DNA of 61,262 nt from an uncultured Actinomycetes bacterium (GTDB taxonomy: Bacteria > Actinomycetota > Acidimicrobiia > Acidimicrobiales > Ilumatobacteraceae). Under the pieces are notes generated by a model. The model ran no database searches. It worked only from the letters and a program-made list of their open reading frames with translations, and had not been told where the DNA came from. The stretch spans positions 1 through 61,262 of the forward strand of contig CALEZQ010000157.1 of NCBI GenBank assembly GCA_937928715.1, read 5' to 3'. Positions 54,254-61,262 of the stretch are shown in pieces. Position numbers and translations under genes: made by a program. The stretch's first letter is position 1, and the number at the start of each line of letters is the position of its first letter.

Positions 54254-54988
54254 ATGGGTCTGACATCGGATGCCGGAGGAAACACCTGGCCGCAACCCGA
54301 TCCGACAGCGCCGCTGGATATAACTCTTAGATGGCCCGCGAAGATTGACGTCATGCTCTCCGGGCCGTACGAGAGGGGCTTCCGGAGAGTTTCCCTCTCG
54401 TCGAGAAAGGAATTTGGTGTCCGAGCAGTGACGCACTTGTCTGGACCATATGCCGAGGATTATCGACGGCGCATTCCTCAGTACATTGCTGTCCGACAGT
54501 TCTTGGAGGCTCGGCGTGCGGAGGCTCGGGTCATGGTATTCAAGGATGGGGGTTTGCTGAACTCCGTTAGGTCCGGCGAAGTCTCCGTCCACTCCGTGCT
54601 CTGTCGCGCCGAGCAGGCTGCAAGTGCACTGATGCCACCCAGTTCGTACGACGACTGGAGAGCGGATCTCGGGTTCTTTATCGCTTGGAGAACCTCGCTT
54701 AGGGTCGACCCGAACTACGCTAGCTGGTACCAATGTTCGCTCGACGACCGGATCGCTGAGGCGATGCGTCACCTCTCCTTTTCATGGATGAGAGACATTG
54801 AGGTCGACTACACGACACCCGTGAACGTCAACGTCTTCGGGGCGCAGGTCTTCTTGAGCGTTGGGCGAACCCGGATGTCTCTGCCGGCTTCCAGCGAGAA
54901 CGTCCAGGAGGCGTTCGACATCGCCGCGATCAAACGGGAACAAGTTGCAGAAGCACGGCGGTGGAGGAACTTTGATCTGAGATCCTGA
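54254..54988 (+). CDS. Hypothetical protein
   Basis: ATG 54254 with AGAGGGG 6-7 nt upstream, within ORF 54188..54988. No family was recognised. GC looks lower than the flanks by eye. Confidence 0.5.
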   Translation: MGLTSDAGGNTWPQPDPTAPLDITLRWPAKIDVMLSGPYERGFRRVSLSSRKEFGVRAVTHLSGPYAEDYRRRIPQYIAVRQFLEARRAEARVMVFKDGGLLNSVRSGEVSVHSVLCRAEQAASALMPPSSYDDWRADLGFFIAWRTSLRVDPNYASWYQCSLDDRIAEAMRHLSFSWMRDIEVDYTTPVNVNVFGAQVFLSVGRTRMSLPASSENVQEAFDIAAIKREQVAEARRWRNFDLRS

Positions 54989-55536
54989 TCACTGACGCCG
55001 CACCGAAGGTTGGTGGTGCTTCGGATCTGAGGTCGGCGAGCGGCTTCTGGACGTACAACTGCAGCATTGGCTCCCCTTCGGTGGCGAGTTCGGCGACGAT
55101 GAAGAGACGGTTGCGCGTCGCTCTGATGACGCAGCGTCAGAGCCGGTGCCTGTGGATCCCAGCGGGCTATGTTGAGGTGTTCGTACCGCGGCCAGGCTGC
55201 CGACCTGCATTTCGCCCGAAGAGCGCCTGTGATTGGGATTCCTGCGCTAAGCGGACTGCCACTTCGCGACTCTCGGGTGGGTGGCGAACGCTTCGAGGCC
55301 CGCCCGACCTGTGATTTGGTCGGCGTCATCCCGCAATGACGACGCCCCATCCTGCGACCCAACGTGGTCGCCCCAACTGCCCTAACGCGCGTTCCCCCAG
55401 CTCACGGCAGGTGTGACGAAGGGTGTCGAGAAGGTGTGACGACCAAATCGCAGCCGCGCATTCCCCGAGGTCACCTACGGTGAATCGGTGGTTCTAACTG
55501 ACCCACCGAACGGGCCAGCGGGTCATCCGCGGCCGC

Positions 55537-56379
55537 TCAGGTGCCGCTTCCGTCGTCCACTGCCGGCGACACGGCGGCCATCGCGATGGCGAGTGCGTGG
55601 CCGATGTTGAGCGAGTCGACGTCGTGATGCATCGGGATGCGCACGTCGTAGTGCACGTTGCGCAGGGTCGCCTCGGTGAGGCCCGGACCCTCGGCGCCCG
55701 CCACCAGCGCCACCTTGTCGGGCATGCCCATACCGAAGAGGCTGTTGGCGGTGGCCCGCGGGGTGAGGGCCCACAGTTCGAAACCGTGTGCCGCCAGCGT
55801 GGCGAGTGGGTCGGGCCAGGTGCGGCAGCGCACCACGGGTAGGTGCAGTAGTTCGCCCATGCTCACCCGCACCGCACGACGGGCGAATGGGTCGGCGCAC
55901 GTGGGGTCGAGCACCAAGGCGTCGACGCCGAGTGCTCGGGCCGAACGAGCGATGGCCCCGATGTTCTCGTGGTCGTTCGACCCCTCGAGCACCACGACGC
56001 GTCGGGCCTCGCGCAACACGTCGTCGAGCGTCGGTTCGGGTGGGCGGTCGACCGCCGCCATCACGCCACGGTGCACGTCGAAGCCGACGATGCCCTCCAT
56101 CACGTCGCGTTCGGCGAGGAAGACGGGCGCACCGGTGGCGTCGACCACGTCGCGCATCCGCTCGTAGCGTTGCGGGGTGAGCAAGAACGAGCGAGGCAGG
56201 AAGCCCGAACCGATGAGTCGGGTGACCACTGGCTCGCTCTCGACGATGACGACCTCACCCACGGGCCTTCCCTTGAGAGCGACATAGTCGGCCACCCGCG
56301 GGTCTCCGATGGCGGTGATCGTCTCGGTGGCCACGAAGGTGAGGCTAGTGACACACCACCGGGCGCGCGTTGCGAACAT
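55537..56379 (-). CDS. TrmH/SpoU-family RNA 2'-O-methyltransferase
   Basis: VVVLEGSNDHENIGAIARSARALGVDALVL, LVAGAEGPGLTEATL and RIPMHHDVDSLNIGHALAIAM are the three SpoU motifs. The start is ATG 56379 or GTG 56334. Confidence 0.85.
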   Translation of the reverse strand: MFATRARWCVTSLTFVATETITAIGDPRVADYVALKGRPVGEVVIVESEPVVTRLIGSGFLPRSFLLTPQRYERMRDVVDATGAPVFLAERDVMEGIVGFDVHRGVMAAVDRPPEPTLDDVLREARRVVVLEGSNDHENIGAIARSARALGVDALVLDPTCADPFARRAVRVSMGELLHLPVVRCRTWPDPLATLAAHGFELWALTPRATANSLFGMGMPDKVALVAGAEGPGLTEATLRNVHYDVRIPMHHDVDSLNIGHALAIAMAAVSPAVDDGSGT

Positions 56380-56393
56380 GTGTTCGCCGCGCC

Positions 56394-57083
56394 ATGATGG
56401 CGGGCATGCCTTCCCCGACGCCGCTTCCCGCTGCCGACGCCGACCTCATCTGGCAGCAGTGCCTGTTCGCGTTCGAAGAGCCGCGCATCGACGCCTCGTT
56501 TCACGGTGCCACCCGCACCTGGCTCGACGCCGAGAGTTGGGTCGAGCACGTGCCTGGCTGGTTGCACGGCGCCGACCTGGTGTTTGCCGAGCTCGTCGCC
56601 CGCTTGTCGTGGCAGCAGCGCGAGGTGCGCATGTACGACCGGCTGTTGCCCGAGCCACGCCTCACCGCGTGGTGGCGTGGCGCTCCCGGCGAAGGCCCCG
56701 AGCCGCTGCCCGTGCTGGCCGATGCCCGCGCAGCGCTCACCCGCCACTACCAGCGCCCGTTCGACTCCATCGGCTTCAACCTCTACCGCGACGGCAGCGA
56801 CTCGGTTGCCTGGCACGCCGACCGTGAACGCAAGGAACTCAACGACCCCGTGGTCGTCGTGTTGTCCACCGGGTCGCCTCGCCCGTTCCAGATGCGCCCA
56901 GCGGAGGGTGGCGCCTCGCGCACCTGGCAGTTGGGCCAGGGCGACCTGTTCGTCATGGGGGGTGCCTGCCAGCACCGGTGGCAGCACTGCGTGCCCAAGG
57001 TGGCGCACGCGCTCGGCCCGCGCCTCAGCATCATGTTCCGCCACCACCTTGGGGTAGCGGCGGAACCGTTGCCGGCCGAGTAG
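56394..57083 (+). CDS. AlkB-like Fe(II)/2-oxoglutarate dioxygenase
   Basis: FNLYRDGSDSVAWHADRE (HxD), GDLFVMGGACQHRWQHCVPK (distal His) and PRLSIMFR (2OG-binding Arg). ORF from TTG 56370; the first ATG is at 56394. Confidence 0.8.
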   Translation: MMAGMPSPTPLPAADADLIWQQCLFAFEEPRIDASFHGATRTWLDAESWVEHVPGWLHGADLVFAELVARLSWQQREVRMYDRLLPEPRLTAWWRGAPGEGPEPLPVLADARAALTRHYQRPFDSIGFNLYRDGSDSVAWHADRERKELNDPVVVVLSTGSPRPFQMRPAEGGASRTWQLGQGDLFVMGGACQHRWQHCVPKVAHALGPRLSIMFRHHLGVAAEPLPAE

Positions 57084-57137
57084 GCGCAGGTCCTTCGCCC
57101 CGTTCGCTGCAGCGGCTCCGGCGCGATACTGGCGGCG

Positions 57138-58364
57138 ATGTCCACCGATCTCGACCGTTACGCGTTCCTTCCCGGCGCGCCTGCCTTCTACCCCACCATC
57201 GTCGCCAGCGAAGGGTGCCACCTCATCACCAGCGACGGGCGGCGCATCCTCGACGGTGCCGGCGGCGCCATCGTCGGCAACATCGGCTGGGGCCGTACGG
57301 AGGTGGCGGAGGCCGCGGCGGCGGCGATGAGCATCGGCTACGTGGTGCCCCTGTGGCCCACCCCCAGTCGGCTCGCGCTGGTCGACGAACTGGTCGAACA
57401 CTGGCTGCCCGACGGCTTTCACCATGTGTTCTTCACCAGCGGCGGCAGCGAAAGCACCGACTCGGCCATTCGCCTGGCCCGCGCCTACCAGGTGGCCCAG
57501 GGCCGCCCCGATCGGTGGAAGGTCATCGGCCGGCACCCCAGCTATCACGGGATGACCCTCGGCACCATCGCCGCTGCGAGCCACCTCGGTCGCCAGAAGG
57601 GCTACGAACCGCTGCTGCTGCCGTTCCCCAAGGTGCCGTGGGACGACGCCGAGCAGGTGGCCAAGGTGTTCGAGCAGGAAGACCCGGCCACCATCGCCGG
57701 CTTCATCGCCGAACCGATCACCGGCGCCGCGGGTGCGTGCCTCACCGCCGACGACGAGTACTGGCAGACGGTGAACGACCTGTGCAAGGAGCACGACATC
57801 GTGCTCATCGCCGACGAGGTGATGACCGGTTACGGGCGCACCGGGTTGAAGTTCGGGCACCAGCACTTCCCGATGGAACCCGATGTCATCGTCGGCGGGA
57901 AGGGTCTCGGCGGTGGCTACGTGCCGCTCGGTGCCGTCGCCGCCACCGACCGCATCGCCGAAGCGTTACGCGACAGCGGGTTCATGTACTTCACGTTCAC
58001 CGGCAACGACGGCGCCTGTGCCGCAGGCGCCAAGGTGTTGGAGATCCTTCGCCGCGAACACCTAGTCGAGCGAGTGGCCACCGAGGGTCCGCATCTGGAG
58101 GCCCGGTTGCGTGCCGCCCTGGGCGACCACCCGGCGGTCACCGACATCCGCGGTCGCGGCTTCTTCTACGGCCTCGAACTGAACGTCAGCCGCGACGCCG
58201 TGGTGGCTGCGGCCCTGGAGCGCAACCTGTGGGTGTACCCCGCGGGCTCGGGCCCGGTGGCCGATGCGGTGATGGTGGCCCCGCCGTTCACCATCACCGC
58301 CGACGAGATGGACACGTTGGTGGCCACCTTGCGCGACGCCATCGACGCGGCACCGTTCATGTGA
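57138..58364 (+). CDS. Class-III (omega) pyridoxal-phosphate aminotransferase
   Basis: FFTSGGSESTDSAIRLAR, AGFIAEPITGAAG, LIADEVMTGYGRTG and the 408-aa length are typical. Confidence 0.9.
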   Translation: MSTDLDRYAFLPGAPAFYPTIVASEGCHLITSDGRRILDGAGGAIVGNIGWGRTEVAEAAAAAMSIGYVVPLWPTPSRLALVDELVEHWLPDGFHHVFFTSGGSESTDSAIRLARAYQVAQGRPDRWKVIGRHPSYHGMTLGTIAAASHLGRQKGYEPLLLPFPKVPWDDAEQVAKVFEQEDPATIAGFIAEPITGAAGACLTADDEYWQTVNDLCKEHDIVLIADEVMTGYGRTGLKFGHQHFPMEPDVIVGGKGLGGGYVPLGAVAATDRIAEALRDSGFMYFTFTGNDGACAAGAKVLEILRREHLVERVATEGPHLEARLRAALGDHPAVTDIRGRGFFYGLELNVSRDAVVAAALERNLWVYPAGSGPVADAVMVAPPFTITADEMDTLVATLRDAIDAAPFM

Positions 58365-58415
58365 CGTTCACCACCGGGCGACGGCCGCACCCAGCAGCGG
58401 TCGGTACCGTGAGTG

Positions 58416-59207
58416 ATGATGAGCTTCGACTCCTTGCCCACCGTTGGCGACGATCCGCGCCGCGTGGTGCGCCTCGACGCAGTGCACAACTTCCGCGACC
58501 TCGGCGGCTACCCGACGGTCGATGGCCGAGTGACACGGTGGGGTCGCCTCTACCGCGCTGACGGCCTCTATCGCCTCACCGCCGACGACCTTGAGGTCGT
58601 GCGCGGCCTCGGCCTGCAGCTGGTGGTCGACCTCCGCACCGACCAGGAGATCGACCTCCACGACCGCTTCCCGGTGGCCTATCACCCAGTGCGGTACCGG
58701 CAGCTGTCGGTGCTCGACCAGATGTGGACCGACCTGCCTGAGATCGACATCACCGGCCGCAGCCCCGAAGAGTTCCTCGAGTGGGCCTACCTCGACATGC
58801 TGCGCACCGCCGGCGAGCGCTTCGCCATGGCGCTCGACCATCTCGCTCAACCCGGCCACCTTCCGGCGGTGTTCCACTGTGCGGCTGGGAAGGATCGCAC
58901 CGGCGTGCTGGCCCTGTTGGTGCTCGGCGCGCTCGGAGTGCGCCACGAGTACATCGTGGCCGACTACGCCCTCAGCGCCGACGGCATGGAGCGCATGCGC
59001 GAGTGGGCTCGCCGCGAGTCGCCCGAGCGACTCGACCGCATGGCCGAGAACCCACTGGTGTTCAGCGAGGCCCTACCGGCCTCCATGCATGGGGTGATCG
59101 ACGCCATCGTGCAGCGTCACGGTTCGCTCCGCGACTATGTGCTGCACCTTGGCGTGCCGGCCGAGTCGTTGGCACGGCTGGAAGCCGAACTGCTCGAGCC
59201 GCTCTGA
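58416..59207 (+). CDS. Protein-tyrosine phosphatase (Y_phosphatase3-like)
   Basis: CX5R P-loop VFHCAAGKDRTGVLALLVL and N-terminal NFRDLGGY. The start is one of GTG 58413, ATG 58416 or ATG 58419. Confidence 0.85.
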   Translation: MMSFDSLPTVGDDPRRVVRLDAVHNFRDLGGYPTVDGRVTRWGRLYRADGLYRLTADDLEVVRGLGLQLVVDLRTDQEIDLHDRFPVAYHPVRYRQLSVLDQMWTDLPEIDITGRSPEEFLEWAYLDMLRTAGERFAMALDHLAQPGHLPAVFHCAAGKDRTGVLALLVLGALGVRHEYIVADYALSADGMERMREWARRESPERLDRMAENPLVFSEALPASMHGVIDAIVQRHGSLRDYVLHLGVPAESLARLEAELLEPL

Positions 59208-59233
59208 CGGTCCTCCCCAGGTACGCTGCGCCC

Positions 59234-59857
59234 ATGAGCGGCACCATTGCACTCCAGGGCGGCGGCCCCTTCTCGGCTCACGACGAACTCGATGCACGGT
59301 TGCTGCAGGCGGCCGGTGCCAGCAGCGTGGTGGTGCTCCCCACCGCCGATGCGTTCGAGCACCCCGAGCGCCTCGTCGCCGCAGCGATGAACTGGGGCGA
59401 GCGCCTTGGCGTGGAGGTGGAGGCGCTGATGGTGCTGCGCCGCGGTGAAGCGATGGACGACGGTGCAGCGCGCCTGGTGCGTGGTGCGCGGGCCGTGTGG
59501 CTGGTGGGCGATCAGCCCCTCCACCTGAAGTCGGTGCTGAAAGACACGCCACTGTTCGACGCGATCCGCGACGTGCTCGCCAACGGTGGTGTGGTGACCG
59601 GCGTGGGGGGCAGCGCCGCGGCGCTGTGCGACCCGATGGTGGATCCGCGCGGTGGCGCCTTCACCCTCGGCTTGGGGCTGGTGGCCGATCTCGCCTTGGT
59701 GACCGAAGCCGAAACGTGGAGCCCCGAGCGTTTGCACCGCACACGCAAGCTGGCCAACACCGCGTTCGGCGTGTTGCGAACCACCGATGCCTTGGTGCGC
59801 ACCAACGCCGGTTGGGAAACGGTGGGTGGCGCAGAGGTGCACGGCACCCTGCCCTGA
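59234..59857 (+). CDS. Peptidase S51 / cyanophycinase-like (class-I glutamine amidotransferase-like fold) protein
   Basis: Internal ATG 59234 of ORF 58781..59857; the upstream part of that ORF overlaps the phosphatase gene. IALQGGGPF ... VWLVGDQPLHL ... GVGGSAAAL resembles the S51 GGG and G.SAG blocks. Confidence 0.6.
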   Translation: MSGTIALQGGGPFSAHDELDARLLQAAGASSVVVLPTADAFEHPERLVAAAMNWGERLGVEVEALMVLRRGEAMDDGAARLVRGARAVWLVGDQPLHLKSVLKDTPLFDAIRDVLANGGVVTGVGGSAAALCDPMVDPRGGAFTLGLGLVADLALVTEAETWSPERLHRTRKLANTAFGVLRTTDALVRTNAGWETVGGAEVHGTLP

Positions 59858-59868
59858 CCCAGCCCGGG

Positions 59869-61074
59869 CTAGCTCTCGGTGATGGTCACCGTGATGAGGG
59901 TCACTTCTTCGGTGGGGGTCTGCCCGTCGTCGCCACCTGCGAGCGCCAGGATGGCCTGCACCACGTCGAGGCCTTCGGTGACGTTGCCGAACACCACATA
60001 GGTGCCTTGGCCGTCGAGCACCGAGGTGGCGGGCCCACCCGAGAAGAACCACTGGCCACCGGCCGAGTTGGGCGCCCCCGTGCGGGCCATCGACAGCGAG
60101 CCCTCGGCGTAACGGAAGCCGGTGCCCTCATCGGGGATGGTGTAGCCGGGGCTGTCGGTGTTGGTGAGGCCGCCGCCCTGGATGATGTCGATGGACGGGT
60201 CGGCGCGGAAGATGACGGTGCCGTCGTAGTAGTGGTAGCGGGCGAGGGTGACGAAGTTGTTCACGGTGCCGGGCACGCTCATGTCGAGTTCCACCACGAT
60301 GGTGCCCTTCGACGTTTCGAAGGTGGCCGTGTACTGCTTGGTGGGGTCGATGCACAGCTGCGGGGCATCGGCGAAGGTGCTCGTCTTCGGGCTGGAGCCA
60401 TCGGCCTCGGGGCACTCGCCCGTGCCGTAGGTGAACTCGCTGATGGTGGGCGGAGGCGGCGGGGTGACGGCCTCCACCTCCACCACGAAGGTGAGCGCGT
60501 CGCCAGCCTGAATGATCGAGCCGGGCTGCGGGTTGTCGCCGTAGGCGAGGTCGGCCGGGATGTCGAGCTGGCGGGTGCCGCCGGCCTTGACGCCGATGAG
60601 GCCTTCATCCCAGCCCTGGATGACGTTGCCTTGGCCGAGCACCACGTCGAACGGGGTGGGCGAACCGAAGTTGCTGTCGAACTCTTCGCCGGTGGCCGAC
60701 AGCACACCCACGTAGCGCACGCTCACCGTGTCGCCCGCTTCGGCGGGGTCGCCTTCGCCTTCCACAATGTCGGTGATGACCAGCTCGGTGGGCAGTTCCT
60801 CGGGCAGCTTCACCTCGGGCTTGGGCCGCACCAGCGTGGTCGACACGTCGACCGGCAGCGTGGTGCTGGCATCGAGTGAGGTAGACGTCGACGACGTGTC
60901 GTCGTCGTCGCCACCGAACAACACCAGCGCACCCACCAGCGCCACGACAGCGCCGAGGATGATGCCGATGCGCAGGCCGACCCTCTTGCTCTTCTGCTTG
61001 CGCGCCTGCTTGGCGAGCTCTTCCAGACGGAGCTGGCGGTTGGCCTTCTGACGTTCACGCTTGGCGGTTCCCAC
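59869..61074 (-). CDS. Membrane-anchored dual peptidyl-prolyl isomerase (FKBP-type plus cyclophilin-type domains)
   Basis: The N-terminus is basic, with TM RIGIILGAVVALVGALVLF. FKBP: VRYVGVLSATGEEFDSNFG...VIQGWDEGLIGVKAGGTRQLDIPADLAYG. Cyclophilin: TSKGTIVVELDMS..PGTVNNFVTLARYHYYDG..FR...IIQGG ... SLSMAR..PNSAGGQWFF. Confidence 0.9.
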   Translation of the reverse strand: MGTAKRERQKANRQLRLEELAKQARKQKSKRVGLRIGIILGAVVALVGALVLFGGDDDDTSSTSTSLDASTTLPVDVSTTLVRPKPEVKLPEELPTELVITDIVEGEGDPAEAGDTVSVRYVGVLSATGEEFDSNFGSPTPFDVVLGQGNVIQGWDEGLIGVKAGGTRQLDIPADLAYGDNPQPGSIIQAGDALTFVVEVEAVTPPPPPTISEFTYGTGECPEADGSSPKTSTFADAPQLCIDPTKQYTATFETSKGTIVVELDMSVPGTVNNFVTLARYHYYDGTVIFRADPSIDIIQGGGLTNTDSPGYTIPDEGTGFRYAEGSLSMARTGAPNSAGGQWFFSGGPATSVLDGQGTYVVFGNVTEGLDVVQAILALAGGDDGQTPTEEVTLITVTITES

Positions 61075-61174
61075 GAGCGGTGGAGGCTATCGGACAGCGT
61101 GCCGTCACAGGTCGGCAGCCCATTCTGCAAGGAACCCTCAAGTTCTTGACAGCCAGTGCCGATCTGCTCTGTCG

Positions 61175-61262
61175 ATGAGGCGACGAGAACACGTGGGCGC
61201 ACGCGCGCTGGCCGGGCTGGGGCTTGGCCTGTCGGTGGCGTACCTGGTGTGGCGCGCCGGAT
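61175..61262 (+). CDS. Possible start of a membrane protein gene running off the window
   Basis: ATG 61175 gives MRRREHVGARALAGLGLGLSVAYLVWRAG. Only 29 codons are visible. Confidence 0.25.
   Translation, partial: MRRREHVGARALAGLGLGLSVAYLVWRAG

Noticed and set aside
54808-55362. 184-aa minus-strand ORF in the gap before the TrmH gene
   Set aside because: It overlaps the 3' end of the plus-strand gene at 54254..54988. The text is Arg/Ser-rich with no motif or SD.
56100-57866. 588-aa minus-strand ORF overlapping the AlkB-like and aminotransferase genes
   Set aside because: It is an antisense artefact. Both plus-strand genes carry strong family motifs, and the ORF has none.
59497-60879. 460-aa plus-strand ORF (and 59135..60052 on the minus strand) overlapping the PPIase and S51-like genes
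   Set aside because: Gly/Arg/Val-rich antisense translation. The FKBP and cyclophilin motifs on the minus strand, and the S51-like motifs on the plus strand, explain the region.
1-61262. Search for tRNA, rRNA and riboswitch-like elements
   Set aside because: I saw no T-loop/acceptor-like tRNA pattern, no rRNA-like conserved blocks and no recognisable riboswitch cores by eye. A covariance-model scan (tRNAscan-SE, Infernal/Rfam) would be needed to be sure.

Overview
High-GC, Actinomycetota-like window (GC judged by eye, not computed). About 1-55.5 kb is an accessory region rich in surface proteins. The last ~6 kb looks like core housekeeping: TrmH/SpoU methyltransferase, AlkB-like dioxygenase, class-III aminotransferase, Tyr phosphatase, S51-like peptidase and an FKBP+cyclophilin PPIase.

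Main content:
- Two giant (~2,450 aa) repeat-built adhesins end in VP(Q/E)TG sorting signals. The second is split by a 1-nt frameshift.
- An RCC1-repeat LPVTG surface protein is also present. No sortase is visible in the window.
- A C11 clostripain-like lipoprotein is co-transcribed with a Tat-signal, Cys-rich protein.
- Regulators include a degenerate-GGDEF/EAL protein, a LuxR-LAL, a small SARP and a 1,024-aa AfsR-like protein.
- An IS graveyard at 30.1-34.5 kb holds an IS5-like element with two -1 frameshifts, an IS110 N-terminal remnant and an internally deleted IS21. It is followed by a small cargo islet (HEPN-like, pentapeptide-repeat and DUF5677-like proteins) bracketed by diverged paralogous membrane-protein copies.

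Most interesting locus, 19.76-27.91 kb:
- It carries an HPr-kinase-like protein, two NTP_transf_5 nucleotidyltransferase-fold proteins and two PqqD-type RiPP recognition elements. These are normally lasso-peptide tailoring genes.
- No lasso cyclase, leader protease or exporter is present in the window.
- The tailoring domains are fused to GT2, GT2_4-like and GT10-like glycosyltransferase domains.
- The locus surrounds a 115-aa Tat-signal protein ending in a (PTTPP)5 tract.
- I read this as a candidate undescribed RRE-guided phospho/glycosylation system.

A second unusual locus (1.3-3.7 kb) encodes a GNAT-PIN-GNAT-ASCH-like fusion translationally coupled to a stand-alone ASCH protein.

All domain calls are motif recognition by eye. 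No searches were run.
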